A stretch of DNA of 61,870 nucleotides, counting the filler, from Limisphaerales bacterium (GTDB lineage Bacteria; Verrucomicrobiota; Verrucomicrobiia; Limisphaerales; SIBE01): the NCBI GenBank assembly GCA_044225505.1. It is 6 parts of 6 records of this genome, joined end to end, with 100 filler letters (N's around TTAATTAATTAA, not from the genome) between each part and the next. Parts side by side here need not be neighbours in the genome. Positions count along the whole stretch, not along the records: positions 10,476 to 20,854 come from JBGAIN010000226.1; positions 20,955 to 30,811 come from JBGAIN010000227.1; 4 more parts are not named here. One strand, written 5' to 3'. Below the pieces are notes generated by a model. It had not been told where the DNA came from. It was given only the letters and a program-made list of their open reading frames with translations, and did no database searches. This document shows positions 10,476-20,956 of this stretch, in pieces. Positions within the stretch are counted from its first letter, which is position 1, and each line of letters begins with the position of its first letter. The translations under genes and the position numbers were made by a program.

Positions 10476-11018
10476 GGCCATCAAGGGTTGCTCGAACGCC
10501 TCATCGTTCCGATTGCGCATGAAGTCGGGGAACGCTGGCGTTGCGGCGAAATCACTGCCGCGCACGAACATTTCGCGAGTGCAGTGATCAGGGTTTTTCT
10601 CGGAACCGCGTCCAAGCCGTTCGCCGCAGACATCGGCGCGCCGAGCTTAGTTGTTGCAACACCCGCGGGACAACTTCATGAATTGGGAGCCGCCATCGTC
10701 AGCGCCGCGGCCACGAGTCTGGGTTGGAATGTCGTGTATCTAGGAATTGGACTGCCCGCCGCTGAAATAGCCGGAGCGGTGCTCCAGCATCGATGCCGCG
10801 CCGTCGCTCTAAGCATCGTTTACCCAACCGATGACCCTGGCCTGCCCCAAGAATTAGTGAGACTTCGCGAGTATCTGGCGAAGGAGACACAGATTCTCGT
10901 AGGAGGACGCGCTGCCGCGGCGTATGAGGAAACTCTCACACAGATTGGAGCAACGGTGCTGGAGAGTCTTGAAGCGCTTTACCCTGTTCTTGACCGCCTG
11001 CGCGCTGGACGAAGGTGA
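10476..11018 (+). CDS. Cobalamin-binding domain of a CarH/LitR-like (MerR-family) regulator, 5'-partial
   Basis: W-x9-EH motif (RWRCGEITAAHEHFAS) and B12-binding GQLHELGA...VVYLG...VALS...ILVGG. Confidence 0.8.
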   Translation, partial: GHQGLLERLIVPIAHEVGERWRCGEITAAHEHFASAVIRVFLGTASKPFAADIGAPSLVVATPAGQLHELGAAIVSAAATSLGWNVVYLGIGLPAAEIAGAVLQHRCRAVALSIVYPTDDPGLPQELVRLREYLAKETQILVGGRAAAAYEETLTQIGATVLESLEALYPVLDRLRAGRR

Positions 11019-11289
11019 GATGATTTCATTCAATCGCCGTACGGGTCTTGCATCAGGAAGTCTTCAAGCTTTGCCAAACGAATCACACCACGAACACCAA
11101 CCGGGCAACTGACGAACTGAACCTTGATTCCCCGCCGACTAGCTTCCTCCCGTGCTCGCACCATTAATCCCAAGCCGGTGCTATCGAGAAATCGAACTCC
11201 AGTCAGTGAGATGCGAAGCCCCTCGCCTCGCCGAATGCTGTTTAGGCAGGATTGGGTTGCGGTCCAGACTTCGTCGGCATTGGCGGCTG

Positions 11290-11751
11290 TATTGGCTCGA
11301 AGATGCGCTGCGGTGTGGCGCCTCTGTCCTCCGGGATCGACTCAAGCGGAAGGCTGCGACGATTCGGCGATCCTGTAAACGATGGTGGAACCAATGACTG
11401 GAGCGCACTGGTCACGAGCTTTCCGATCTCATCGATATGTCCCAGTATCCAAACGACTATGTGCGGCACGCCGAAGCACGTTGGAAAGCGCTCATCGATT
11501 ACACCCCCGCCCCCCTGGACGGACGAATCACGCTGTTCCGAGCGCAGAAACAGCCGCTTTTCCAGCTGGACCCTTCGCTAGGCTGGGCTTCGCTTGCGCA
11601 TGATTCTGTTGACGTTCACGTCATTCCCGGAACGTACGAAGACATGCTAGAGGAGCCGAATTTGCAGATCCTGGCGGCAGAGCTCAGGAAGATCCCAATG
11701 ACCGCCCAAGGTCATTCGTCCAAACGCCGCGAAGGATTTCTCGCCGGGTAA
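11290..11751 (+). pseudogene. Remnant of an NRPS/PKS-type thioesterase C-terminal domain
   Basis: 'GRITLFRAQKQPLFQLDPSLGWASLAHDSVDVHVIPGTYEDMLEEPNLQILAAEL' is in frame with upstream 'YWLEDALR...' across a TGA at 11395-11397. No GxSxG is present and the catalytic His position reads Tyr. Confidence 0.6.
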
Positions 11752-11990
11752 GTTGTTAGAAGAAGCTGTTCCGGCGTGCACAACTCTCTCGCGATGTTTC
11801 TGAAACTGGCCTACAGCAAGAAACTAGTGGGTGCGGATCTCGAATCACTACACTTACCGAAGACGTCGCGACTGAAACACGAGAACGTCACCTTGTCGCG
11901 AACACGGCGAACCGCGAACTGCCGGTCGGATTTTATCAACGAGTTTGCAGTCAGCCCAGACCATGGCCCAGCGAATGCTGCTAAAATGGT

Positions 11991-12179
11991 ATGATCGCAA
12001 CCTTGATCATTCTCTGGGTGGTAGCCTCACTCACCTTCTTCGGTAGTCTTGCGTTCATGGCCAGTCGCCCCCTGCCAAGTCTGAGTGATGCATCTTTCCA
12101 ACCCGAAGACGAAAAACCGCAATGGCAAAGCGTTGATCACGAGCCTGATCTCACTACGTCCACTGCGGCCGTAGGCTAA
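11991..12179 (+). CDS. Small single-pass membrane protein
   Basis: ATG start, N-terminal hydrophobic helix, acidic tail, 62 aa. Confidence 0.5.
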   Translation: MIATLIILWVVASLTFFGSLAFMASRPLPSLSDASFQPEDEKPQWQSVDHEPDLTTSTAAVG

Positions 12180-12340
12180 GCGGCGCCGACATCGCGGGTC
12201 GTAGGCCACCGTTCTGACTTGGAATCCTTTAGAATTGTCTCCGTTTGCCTGATTGTCCCCCAAAGAGACGCACGTGTCTCAGAATAAGACACCCGATCCC
12301 TCAAAACCGGACAAGGGTTTCCCACGAGGCGGCTCTCAAG

Positions 12341-12958
12341 CTATTTCCGGATACAGCATCGGACAGCTTTCCAGTGTCCTAGGAAATCAATCTTCTCGAG
12401 GTGCTCCACCTGCAATCCGGCCGCATCCATCAGCGTTCGAAGATCCAAGTCTGTTTTGAATCCAATTTTATAGAAAAGCGGAGAGAACAGCTTCTCAAAG
12501 ACACGGATAAGGGCATTGTCGCTATGGAAGTGGTTCAGAAAAAGGAGATACCCACCTGCTCTGCAAACTCGTTTCATCTCTGCAATGACACGAACCGGGT
12601 CAGGAACTGTAGAAATAAAATAGGCTGCAAGGACGCGATCAAAAGAGTTTTCAGGGAAATCCAAGGTCGTTGCATCCATTTTTAACAGCTGCACGTCGGT
12701 CAAGCCCAGCGTTTCTACGCGCTGTCGTGCCCGGTCCAACATCTTCTGCGAAAGATCAATCCCAGTGAACTGGACGTTTCGTGAGCAAAGCGGCAACGAC
12801 AATCCTGTTCCAACACCCACTTCCAACAGTTTAGCCCCCGGAAAAAGCTTCAGCAGGGACGGAGCTCGCTCCCGCCCGCTTTGAAAAACCCGCCCAAACA
12901 CCCAGTCGTAAACTCCGGCATAAGTGTCATAGACAGCTTCTATGTGTTTAACGGTCAT
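12341..12958 (-). CDS. Class I SAM-dependent methyltransferase, phospholipid N-methyltransferase (PmtA-like)
   Basis: YAGVYDWVFG, LEVGVGTGLSL, GIDLSQKML, MDAT, VPDP...EMKRVCRAGG, NHF. Confidence 0.8.
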   Translation of the reverse strand: MTVKHIEAVYDTYAGVYDWVFGRVFQSGRERAPSLLKLFPGAKLLEVGVGTGLSLPLCSRNVQFTGIDLSQKMLDRARQRVETLGLTDVQLLKMDATTLDFPENSFDRVLAAYFISTVPDPVRVIAEMKRVCRAGGYLLFLNHFHSDNALIRVFEKLFSPLFYKIGFKTDLDLRTLMDAAGLQVEHLEKIDFLGHWKAVRCCIRK

Positions 12959-13042
12959 CCCTCTGCTTTCATTAATGCCGACGGCGGCGTTTCTCCATCC
13001 AAGGTGGTCCCTTAAACCAATCTACTGGAAGAACCAGTCGCA

Positions 13043-15127
13043 TTGGCAAAGCCAATAAAGCCTATGTACTTCGGAGCCGACTACTATCCCGAGCATTGGA
13101 TTTTCCCCTACGCCGGAACGGCCGAAGAACCGGAGTCGCGCTGGGAGCGGGATGCCCATTTAATGTTCGCGGCAGGTGTTAATGTTGTTCGCATGGGGGA
13201 ATTTTCGTGGGGCATTTGCGAACGAACGGAAGGTCAGTTTGATTTTGGATGGCTCCGGCGGGCAATGGACGCAGTGGCAAAAGCAGGCATTAAAGTGGTG
13301 TTGGGGACACCTACTGCAGCGCCCCCCATTTGGCTGTCACGTCAGCACCCCGAGATTCTTCCGGTGGATGAAAAAGGCGTCCGCAAACACGAAGGAACGC
13401 GACGGGCTTACTGCCTCAATAGCGACGTTTACTGGGACTACTCCAAACGAATCGTTCGCGCGATGGCCGAAGCTCTTGGAAATCATCCCCAACTGATTGC
13501 ATGGCAAATCGATAACGGAATTGGGGGTCACGACACAGAGTCCGCCTTCAATGAAGAATCGCGACGCGATTGGATTGCCTGGCTGCAGGCAAAGTACGAG
13601 ACAATCGAACGTCTGAATGAGCTATTAGGAACACGTTTTTGGGGTCAACTGGTCACCGAATGGGATCAAGTTCCGATGCCCATGGTAGCCCCCACGGTTC
13701 ACAACCCCGCACTCCTCACGGACTGGCGGCGCTTTTCCAGTGACACCTGTGTTGCATTCGTCAAGATGCAGGCGGACTTACTCCGAGAGATCACCCCGAG
13801 TGTTCCGGTCACCACCAATCTGCGCGCGCCAGCACGTCGCTTTGATCACTGGGATATGGCCGGAGTACTGGATTTTGTCGCGGTCGATAGTAACCCAACA
13901 ATCCGCGCCCGCTCCGCGGAGAACGCGTGCGATCTGGATATGCTTCGCTCTCTCAAAAAGAACGACGTCCGGACCCCTGATGGTGAAGAAGGGTTTTGGG
14001 TGATCGAGCAAAAAGCGGCACAAGTCAATTGGCAGGACGTCAACGCCCTTATCCGCCCGGGAGTGGTCCGGTTGTTTACCTATCAAATGATTTCCCGAGG
14101 TGCGAACGGTATTCTGTATTTCTTCTGGCGCCAGCCGAGGTTTGGCTCGGAGAAGTTTTACGGGGGTGTCCTAACGCACGACGGGCGTAACCAAGGGCGT
14201 GTGTATAAGGAAATCAGTCAAGTCGGTGAAGAAGTTAAGTTGCTCGCGCCAGTGATTAAAGGGACCAAGGTCGTCGCAGAAGCCTGCATTCTCTACAGCC
14301 ACGACAATGAGTGGACCCTGGATCAACCAATGCAGCCGAACAGTTACTTCCACCAACGCGATCATTTGCAACTGTTTTACAATGCCCTCCACGATCGGAA
14401 TATACCGGTCGATTTTGCTCGACCGACCGAAGACCTCTCGAAATACAAATTAGTCATAGCGCCGTCCCTGCACTTGCTTGCGGGAGGTGAAGCGGACCTC
14501 TTGAAGCTCTACGTTCAAAACGGCGGCACCTTGGTCGGCACCTTTAACACCGGCTTAGTGGACGAGTATGGAATTGCCCCGGATACCGGCTACCCACATG
14601 ACCTTACGGATCTTTTTGGGATGGAAGTAATGGAGTTTGATCCACTTCCCCCCGGCGAGGAAAACCATCTCAATTTCAAGGGAGCGTTTCCCACGAGCCA
14701 CCTCCACCCGGCCAAGACCTGGTGCGACTTAATCGAGCCGAGAGATTGCCAGGTGCTGGCGACCTACGCGAAGGACTTTTACGCGGGCCGTCCAGCAATG
14801 ACGATGAATACGTTCGGACTTGGGACGGCGATTTACGTCGGGACAATGAGCCATCAACCTTTTTACTATGATTTGATTGTCTGGCTTCGGCAGATGTGTA
14901 ACCTCTTTCCCCTGTTAAAGGTGCCAGATACTGTAGAAGTGAGCATGCGCCAGCGGGACGATACGAAGATTTATTTCGTCCTTAACCATCAAAACTCACA
15001 TGTCCGCCTGCAATTTTATAAGCCAGTCCACGACTTCCTTACAGGTACAACTCTGCAGGGAAACTACGATTTGGCTCCTCACGGAGTTTTGATCTTGGAC
15101 GAACATGTCGAGAAGCACCAGGCATAG
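13043..15127 (+). CDS. GH42 beta-galactosidase-like protein with an atypical active site (alternative start 13064)
   Basis: YFGADYYPEHW, VRMGEFSW, VLGTPTAAPPIW, FWVIEQ, YFFWRQPRFGSEKF and trimerisation domain LSKYKLVIAP. The acid/base motif reads DNG instead of DNE. Confidence 0.9.
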   Translation: MAKPIKPMYFGADYYPEHWIFPYAGTAEEPESRWERDAHLMFAAGVNVVRMGEFSWGICERTEGQFDFGWLRRAMDAVAKAGIKVVLGTPTAAPPIWLSRQHPEILPVDEKGVRKHEGTRRAYCLNSDVYWDYSKRIVRAMAEALGNHPQLIAWQIDNGIGGHDTESAFNEESRRDWIAWLQAKYETIERLNELLGTRFWGQLVTEWDQVPMPMVAPTVHNPALLTDWRRFSSDTCVAFVKMQADLLREITPSVPVTTNLRAPARRFDHWDMAGVLDFVAVDSNPTIRARSAENACDLDMLRSLKKNDVRTPDGEEGFWVIEQKAAQVNWQDVNALIRPGVVRLFTYQMISRGANGILYFFWRQPRFGSEKFYGGVLTHDGRNQGRVYKEISQVGEEVKLLAPVIKGTKVVAEACILYSHDNEWTLDQPMQPNSYFHQRDHLQLFYNALHDRNIPVDFARPTEDLSKYKLVIAPSLHLLAGGEADLLKLYVQNGGTLVGTFNTGLVDEYGIAPDTGYPHDLTDLFGMEVMEFDPLPPGEENHLNFKGAFPTSHLHPAKTWCDLIEPRDCQVLATYAKDFYAGRPAMTMNTFGLGTAIYVGTMSHQPFYYDLIVWLRQMCNLFPLLKVPDTVEVSMRQRDDTKIYFVLNHQNSHVRLQFYKPVHDFLTGTTLQGNYDLAPHGVLILDEHVEKHQA

Positions 15128-15506
15128 GTCAGCGGAGTCGGGCGGTGCAACATTGCGCCAAGTTCTGGCTCAATGGCGACGCGTGGATTTGGTTCCTATC
15201 GAGACAGCTCGAGCGACCACTGCCAAGCCTATCAAATCTCTCATGGCAAATGTCCTCGGCTCCCTTGGATTAGAAAAGCGCTGCCTTGAGACAGAGATTG
15301 TTAAAGTCTGGAATCACCTCATTGACCCGAATATCGTCGCTCACGCACAACCGACAGGGATCAGAAAGGGCACTCTCTTTGTTCACGTCGACAGCAGCGT
15401 TTGGCTGAACGAAATTGTTCGCTATCGTCGGCGGGAAATCCTAGATCGTCTGCAACACAGCTTTGGCAAAGCAATGATTGCGCGGATTTCGTTTCGAGTT
15501 GCTTAG
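15105..15506 (+). CDS. DUF721 / DciA family protein
   Basis: 'WNHLIDPNIVAHAQPTGIRKGTLFVHVDSSVWLNEI...ILDRL...IARISFRV'. Overlaps the GH42 stop. Confidence 0.8.
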   Translation: MSRSTRHRSAESGGATLRQVLAQWRRVDLVPIETARATTAKPIKSLMANVLGSLGLEKRCLETEIVKVWNHLIDPNIVAHAQPTGIRKGTLFVHVDSSVWLNEIVRYRRREILDRLQHSFGKAMIARISFRVA

Positions 15507-15609
15507 GACTTGGCTCGCAGCCAAGTCCCTTGAAGGCCTTGAAGGATTACCGAAACTCAAAACTTCCGCCCCAACGAATGCTCGTTGCGACGAGGTCCTC
15601 GCGTTAATC

Positions 15610-16752
15610 CTAAGACTCCAGCACCATGCGACGGGTGCTCTGCCAATCTCGCCAGGCGGCGTGCAAACGCTCTGCCGCCTCACGAACCTCTCGGCGCATC
15701 TCCGACAGCTTCTCACGTGAAGCCTTCACCCGAGCGTTCGCAACCTCGCGATACTCTGCTTTGCGCTTTTCCCAGTCGCGCGATGCCTGCTGGAGCCGGG
15801 CTTGCGCGGTGGTGAGTGCCCTTTGCAGCGATTCCTGCGCGTGCGTGGGGCGAGTGCTCAACGTTGCGGCGATCAACCGGTGCTGCTCAGCGGCTTGGGC
15901 CAACAGGATCTTCTCCTCTGAAACTCTCCGCAAGTCCTTAACAAGAGCAAGCTTATGAAGCATCCAGATACACCATTTTGTGGGATCAAACTGCCACGGC
16001 TTCACTCCGTTGCGGTAATCATGTTGGAATTCGTGGTGGAAATTGTGGTAACCTTCGCCGAATGTAAACCAAGCCATGATCGCGCTGTCTCGAGCCGAGC
16101 AGCGGCTGGAGTAAGGCTGCCGCCCGATGGTGTGGCACAGTGAATTAATGAAGAACGTCATGTGATGGACAAATACAACCCGAGCCACTCCAGCGATAAG
16201 AAAAGCGCCAACCGCTCCCCACACCCCCCCGTGCAATGCGCCCAATAACGCGGGAATCCCAAACGCTACGGAAATAGCGATCGGAGTGTACTGGCGGTGC
16301 TGCCACATAACGAGTTTGTCGCGTTGCAAGTCCTTAACCCAATCCAGCGAAGTATCCGGCGGACAGCGAAATAGGATCCAGCCGATATGCGCGAAGAAAA
16401 AGCCTTTCGAAATATCGTACGGGTCTTCGTCATGATCAGCATGCTTGTGATGACGACGATGGTCGGCCGCCCAGCAGAGCGCTGAATTCTCAAACGCGGC
16501 CGCGCCGAACACCAAAGTTAGAAACCGGACCAACCAACTGGCCTGAAAGGTTTGATGGGAATAGAGACGGTGATAGCCGAGAGTGATGCTCAAGCCGGTT
16601 GCGGCAAAAAAGAAGGCAAAGAGCGCCACCTGAAACCAATCCAGTCCGCGAAACCAGATGTAAGCGGGAGCAGCGGTTAACGTAATTACCAGGGTACTCA
16701 ATAAGAAAAGGCTATTACGCCAACGGATTGGATACGAAAGAATTGGAGACAT
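15610..16752 (-). CDS. Delta-9 type acyl-CoA/acyl-lipid fatty acid desaturase with coiled-coil C-terminus
   Basis: His boxes GYHRLYSH, HRRHHKH, INSLCH, GEGYHNFHH; QFDPTKW. Confidence 0.92.
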   Translation of the reverse strand: MSPILSYPIRWRNSLFLLSTLVITLTAAPAYIWFRGLDWFQVALFAFFFAATGLSITLGYHRLYSHQTFQASWLVRFLTLVFGAAAFENSALCWAADHRRHHKHADHDEDPYDISKGFFFAHIGWILFRCPPDTSLDWVKDLQRDKLVMWQHRQYTPIAISVAFGIPALLGALHGGVWGAVGAFLIAGVARVVFVHHMTFFINSLCHTIGRQPYSSRCSARDSAIMAWFTFGEGYHNFHHEFQHDYRNGVKPWQFDPTKWCIWMLHKLALVKDLRRVSEEKILLAQAAEQHRLIAATLSTRPTHAQESLQRALTTAQARLQQASRDWEKRKAEYREVANARVKASREKLSEMRREVREAAERLHAAWRDWQSTRRMVLES

Positions 16753-17161
16753 GCTATATAGGATACGACAGTCAGTTCACGCTTTGCTCAGCAACCGCAT
16801 CACGGATGAATCTTCATCGCTGTTACTCATCCCACTAGTTCGCCCCATTTGGACGAACCGGAGGAGCAGTCCACCCCTTCCGTAGTTGAGCATACCCGGG
16901 ACCGCCGCCAACGATACGCGAATCACCTACAAAAGCAACTATCGTTTGCAAAAAACGCCTGCCGCGCCTGGCCCCGCCGCCTGATGTCTCCCCTTCTCAC
17001 TCAAAATATTGCCTTTACCTTCTCTCTACATTCGGCATGCTCTCGCCCGGTTAAGCGGGACGATTCGTTACTGCTATCCAGGATTATCTCTGAATGGATA
17101 ACAAACCGGGGTGGATGAGTCACTCGGACGAGTCGCCGAAAAGCACGCTTAGAGCTATATT

Positions 17162-17359
17162 ATGACCGAAATTACGTTGAAGAAAGGCGAGCACGTGGAA
17201 AAAGCCCTGCGTCGCCTTAAAAAGAAGCTTTCCCGAGAAGGGACGTTCGAAATCGTCCGGCGTCGGCGTTATTTTGAGAAACCCAGCGTGGTTGCGCGAC
17301 GTAAACTAAAGGCGGCACGTTTTACAGCGATGCTGCGCGAACGTTACGCAGACCAGTAA
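17162..17359 (+). CDS. rpsU: 30S ribosomal protein S21
   Basis: EKALRRLKKK...RRRRYFEKPSVVARRK, 65 aa. Confidence 0.95.
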   Translation: MTEITLKKGEHVEKALRRLKKKLSREGTFEIVRRRRYFEKPSVVARRKLKAARFTAMLRERYADQ

Positions 17360-17493
17360 GCCTAGGGGCATGCCGGATGGCACTTGCCCCCAGTGAGAGA
17401 ATCCTTCTTACAAGACTCTGCCAGCCAAGGCTTGGTGGGGTAACCGCAAAGGACTCGACATCGCCTGTCTAGACAGAGCGCCGCGGCTTTACG

Positions 17494-17661
17494 ATGAAAA
17501 CACCACCGACCCAGACCGACAAGATCAGCTCCGACATTACGTTTAGTGATTGCCTTGAGAGTGTTCGCTATGAAATAGAGGATGCCCTCAAACTATTCCC
17601 CGAAAACAAGGAGCTCTTCCTGCATCAGATTCGACTGCTTCTCGATCAACTCGCTCAATAG
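17494..17661 (+). CDS. Small hypothetical protein (55 aa, below the ORF-track cutoff)
   Basis: MKTPPTQTDKISSDITFSDCLESVRYEIEDALKLFPENKELFLHQIRLLLDQLAQ*. Fills the gap downstream of rpsU and has an amphipathic helical pattern. Confidence 0.5.
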   Translation: MKTPPTQTDKISSDITFSDCLESVRYEIEDALKLFPENKELFLHQIRLLLDQLAQ

Positions 17662-17734
17662 AGGTCAATTCCGCCTCTCGTCGTAGAGCTTCAGAAACTG
17701 GAGCTCTTTCTTTGCTTCTCGCGCCGAACGCTCT

Positions 17735-18646
17735 TCAGCGAGGTTCTGCCTCAATATTCAATAATCCCGCACGCTCAAGGCGCTGGATCTCCGCTGTATA
17801 CCCCTGACGGAAGGTTGGAAATCGAAACTGGTATCCGAGTTCCATCTTCAGCTTTCGGTTTGAAACTTTTTTACTCGTCGCGCCTCGCTTCCGCTCCTCG
17901 TCGATATTCTCAGGCTGCGCTGGCGGCATCCATTTACCTAGCGTTTCGGAGAGCCACCGAAAGAAATGGATTTGCATCACTGGCTCGTCGTCCACGGCGT
18001 TGTAGACCTCTCCGACCCGCCCGTTTTTCAACGCCTGGATCACAATCGCGGCCAAGTCATCGAGGTGGATCATGTTGAGAATGCGGTCGCCGCGCCCAGA
18101 GATCTTGGCTTCGTTTTTCAGGTACTGTTTAAAATAGTGGCCACGGTCAGGACCATATATCCCAGCCACTCGTAATATCACCGCCGGAAACTTGGAGTCG
18201 CGTGCGGCCGCCAGCAGCAGATTCTCGGTTTCGACGAGAACCTTGCTTGTCTCCACCAACGGTTCGGTAGGACTGCTTTCTTTGACGAGCGAGCCGTCCG
18301 TCTGCCCGTAAACACCAGTGCTGCTCGTGTAGACAAAACGTTTTATCGTTCCCCCTTTGAGCCACTCGATCAGATTTTTCGTCCCATCACGGTAGACCCG
18401 TTGGTAATCAAAGACTCCTCCCTTGGACGATGACACAACGTTGACCACCCAATCGTAATCCGGAGTGAGTGTCCCTAGTTGCACTGAGTCGGTAACATCA
18501 ACAGTGAGCGGCTCGATGCCCACTGATTTCAGCGCGGCATGCGCCTCTGGCGAACGGCGTAACCCATACACCTGGTGGCCGAGGCGCACCAATTCAGCTC
18601 CCACAGAACATCCGACGTAGCCGCAGCCAACGATGAGAACTCGCAT
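17735..18646 (-). CDS. NAD-dependent epimerase/dehydratase (atypical SDR, YeeZ-like)
   Basis: MRVLIVGCGYVG, YTSSTGVYG, LRVAGIYGPDR, NMIHLDDLA, KKVSNRKL. Start placed at the ATG before the Rossmann motif. Confidence 0.9.
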   Translation of the reverse strand: MRVLIVGCGYVGCSVGAELVRLGHQVYGLRRSPEAHAALKSVGIEPLTVDVTDSVQLGTLTPDYDWVVNVVSSSKGGVFDYQRVYRDGTKNLIEWLKGGTIKRFVYTSSTGVYGQTDGSLVKESSPTEPLVETSKVLVETENLLLAAARDSKFPAVILRVAGIYGPDRGHYFKQYLKNEAKISGRGDRILNMIHLDDLAAIVIQALKNGRVGEVYNAVDDEPVMQIHFFRWLSETLGKWMPPAQPENIDEERKRGATSKKVSNRKLKMELGYQFRFPTFRQGYTAEIQRLERAGLLNIEAEPR

Positions 18647-18719
18647 CTCCGTAGTGTAGCGCGAGCGCTTTCTCAGCACCAGACCCGAACCGTTCAAAAC
18701 GTCCGCCTGCACTACTGGA

Positions 18720-20854
18720 TTGCGAAAGCTGAACCCCTGTGTAGCTTGTGGTGTCTTCGTGAGCAACGTTTCGTCCATTCCCAGTGATAAGCAACCGCCC
18801 GAAGTCTGCGACCCCTCCCAGCAGACTGGTGCGGTTCCGGAACTATTAGCTCCGGCTGGAGATTGGGAATGCGCCCGGGCAGCGGTCGAAAATGGAGCGG
18901 ATGCGATCTATTTTGGATTAAACCGGTTCAATGCTCGAATGCGAGCCAACAACTTTACGGATGCGGATCTTCCGAAGTTGATGGAGTTTCTTCACTCCCG
19001 ATCGGTCAAAGGGTACGTAACCCTCAACACGCTCGTCTTCGAAAATGAGCTAGCTCAGGCTGAGCAGTATCTTCGCGCCATGATCGTCGCAGGCGTCGAT
19101 GCCGTGATTGTTCAAGATGTGGGCGTTTGCCAGCTAGTTCGCTCGCTTTCTTCGGATTTTCCCATTCATGCCTCTACCCAAATGACGGTGACCAGCGCGG
19201 AAGGCGTTCGCTTCGCCCGACAACTTGGATGTAATCTCGTCGTGCTGGCGCGCGAGTGTTCCCTACGCGAGATCGAGAAGATTCAGTCCGCCGTCGGAGG
19301 ACTTTCTCCCCTTCCGCTGGAAGTGTTCGTCCATGGCGCCTTGTGCGTGGCGTATTCGGGTCAATGCCTGACAAGCGAAGCGCTCGGTGGACGATCCGCG
19401 AATCGTGGAGAATGCGCTCAGGCTTGCCGTATGCCTTACGAACTTATTGCAGACGGGAAACTCGTGCCACTGGACGACCGACGTTATTTGCTAAGCCCCC
19501 AAGACTTGTCGGGCTTGGAGGTTCTGCCAGAGTTGGTCCGCCTCGGAGTGACGTCACTTAAGATCGAGGGTCGCTTGAAGACTCCTGAATACGTTGCGAA
19601 TGTCACCCGCGCTTATCGCCAAGCGCTCGACTCCATCAGGAACATCCCTCGTCTGGGCAACAGAGAGTCATCCTCACCTTCGGCATCCTCTGTTACCGTG
19701 CGGTATGAGCTTGAGATGGCCTTCTCCCGAGGTCTTTTCACAGGTTGGTTCCGAGGAGTTGACAATCAACGCCTAGTCCACGCGCGCTTCGGCAAGAAGC
19801 GAGGGGTTTACTTGGGTTCCGTCGGACAGGTGCTCCGAGACCGTATCGTCATGGACCTGGCCGCACCGCTTCGCCCGGGCGATGGCGTTGTTTTTGACTG
19901 TGGCCGTCCCGACGAAAAGGAGGAAGGCGGGCGTGTCTATGCGGTGGACCCCTATGGCAAAGCTTTCCGACTGGCCTTTGGTGCGGGTGACATTGATTTC
20001 GCGCGAGTCCATCCCGGAGACAAGGTCTGGAAAACGAGTGACCCTGAGCTAAACAGGGAGCTTCGCGCTAGCTTTGCAGGGAACGCTCCGCGCTTCCGCC
20101 GACCGGTCAATCTCGAAGTTCACGGGATGGTCGGACGTCCATTGGTGCTGATCGTTCGGGACGATACCGGACATGTCGTGGAGACGAGTTCGAGCATGAA
20201 CCTGACAGCCGCCACTGCTCACCCCCTCACAACGGAGCGCTTGGAGCAACAGTTAGGCCGCCTGGGAGGAACGCCGTTCGTATTGGGCGAGGTGAAAAAT
20301 CAGCTGCTCGGCGAAGTTATTCTCCCCGTGAGTGAGTTGAACCGAATGCGTCGGGATTGGGTGGCGGCGCTCCAAGCCGCGCGGTCGCGCCCTAAGCGCT
20401 GGGAACTGGCCGAAAATCCCACCCCCGGCCCTGAAACCTCAATCTCAAGAGCTGTCCAGGATCCTCAATTAGCTGTTTTGGTTCGGAGCTTTCCGCAACT
20501 CGAAGCGGCGCTTGAATGCGACGTCCAAACTATCTATTGCGATTTTGAGGATCCGAAGAAATATCGACTCGCCGTAGAGCAGTTTCGTGCCTGGCAACGC
20601 CAGCGAGCTCAGAGGAACTTGCCCCTCACCCTCCCCCCAGCGGCGAGCGCCAATGAAGCAGCGATATTCGTCGCGCCGCCGCGGATTTTCAAGATGGGCG
20701 AGGATTGGATTCTCAAGCAGGTCAAGTCGTCGGAAGCAGATGGCTATTTGGTGCGTAATTACGATCACCTCGAGTTTTTCGCTGGCTGCCGATGTGTTGG
20801 GGACTATTCCTTCAACATCGCCAATAGCTGGAGCGCGGCCTACTTTAAGAAAAC
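18720..20854 (+). CDS. Peptidase U32 family protein with DUF3656 (RlhA-like RNA hydroxylation factor), 3'-partial
   Basis: PELLAPAG, GADAIYFG, HASTQM, EVFVHGALCVAYSGQCLTS, RSANRGECAQACR, LKIEGRLK, QLGRLGGTPF. Confidence 0.9.
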
Positions 20855-20954
20855 NNNNNNNNNNNNNNNNNNNNNNNNNNNNNNNNNNNNNNNNNNNNTT
20901 AATTAATTAANNNNNNNNNNNNNNNNNNNNNNNNNNNNNNNNNNNNNNNNNNNN
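20855..20954. other. Artificial contig linker
   Basis: N44-TTAATTAATTAA-N44. Confidence 0.99.
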
Positions 20955-20956
20955 TC

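Noticed and set aside
17360..17493. c-di-GMP-I riboswitch upstream of the small ORF (GCAAAG...GTCTA)
   Set aside because: The GGCAAAC/GAAA P2 elements are missing; the resemblance is too weak without an Infernal search.
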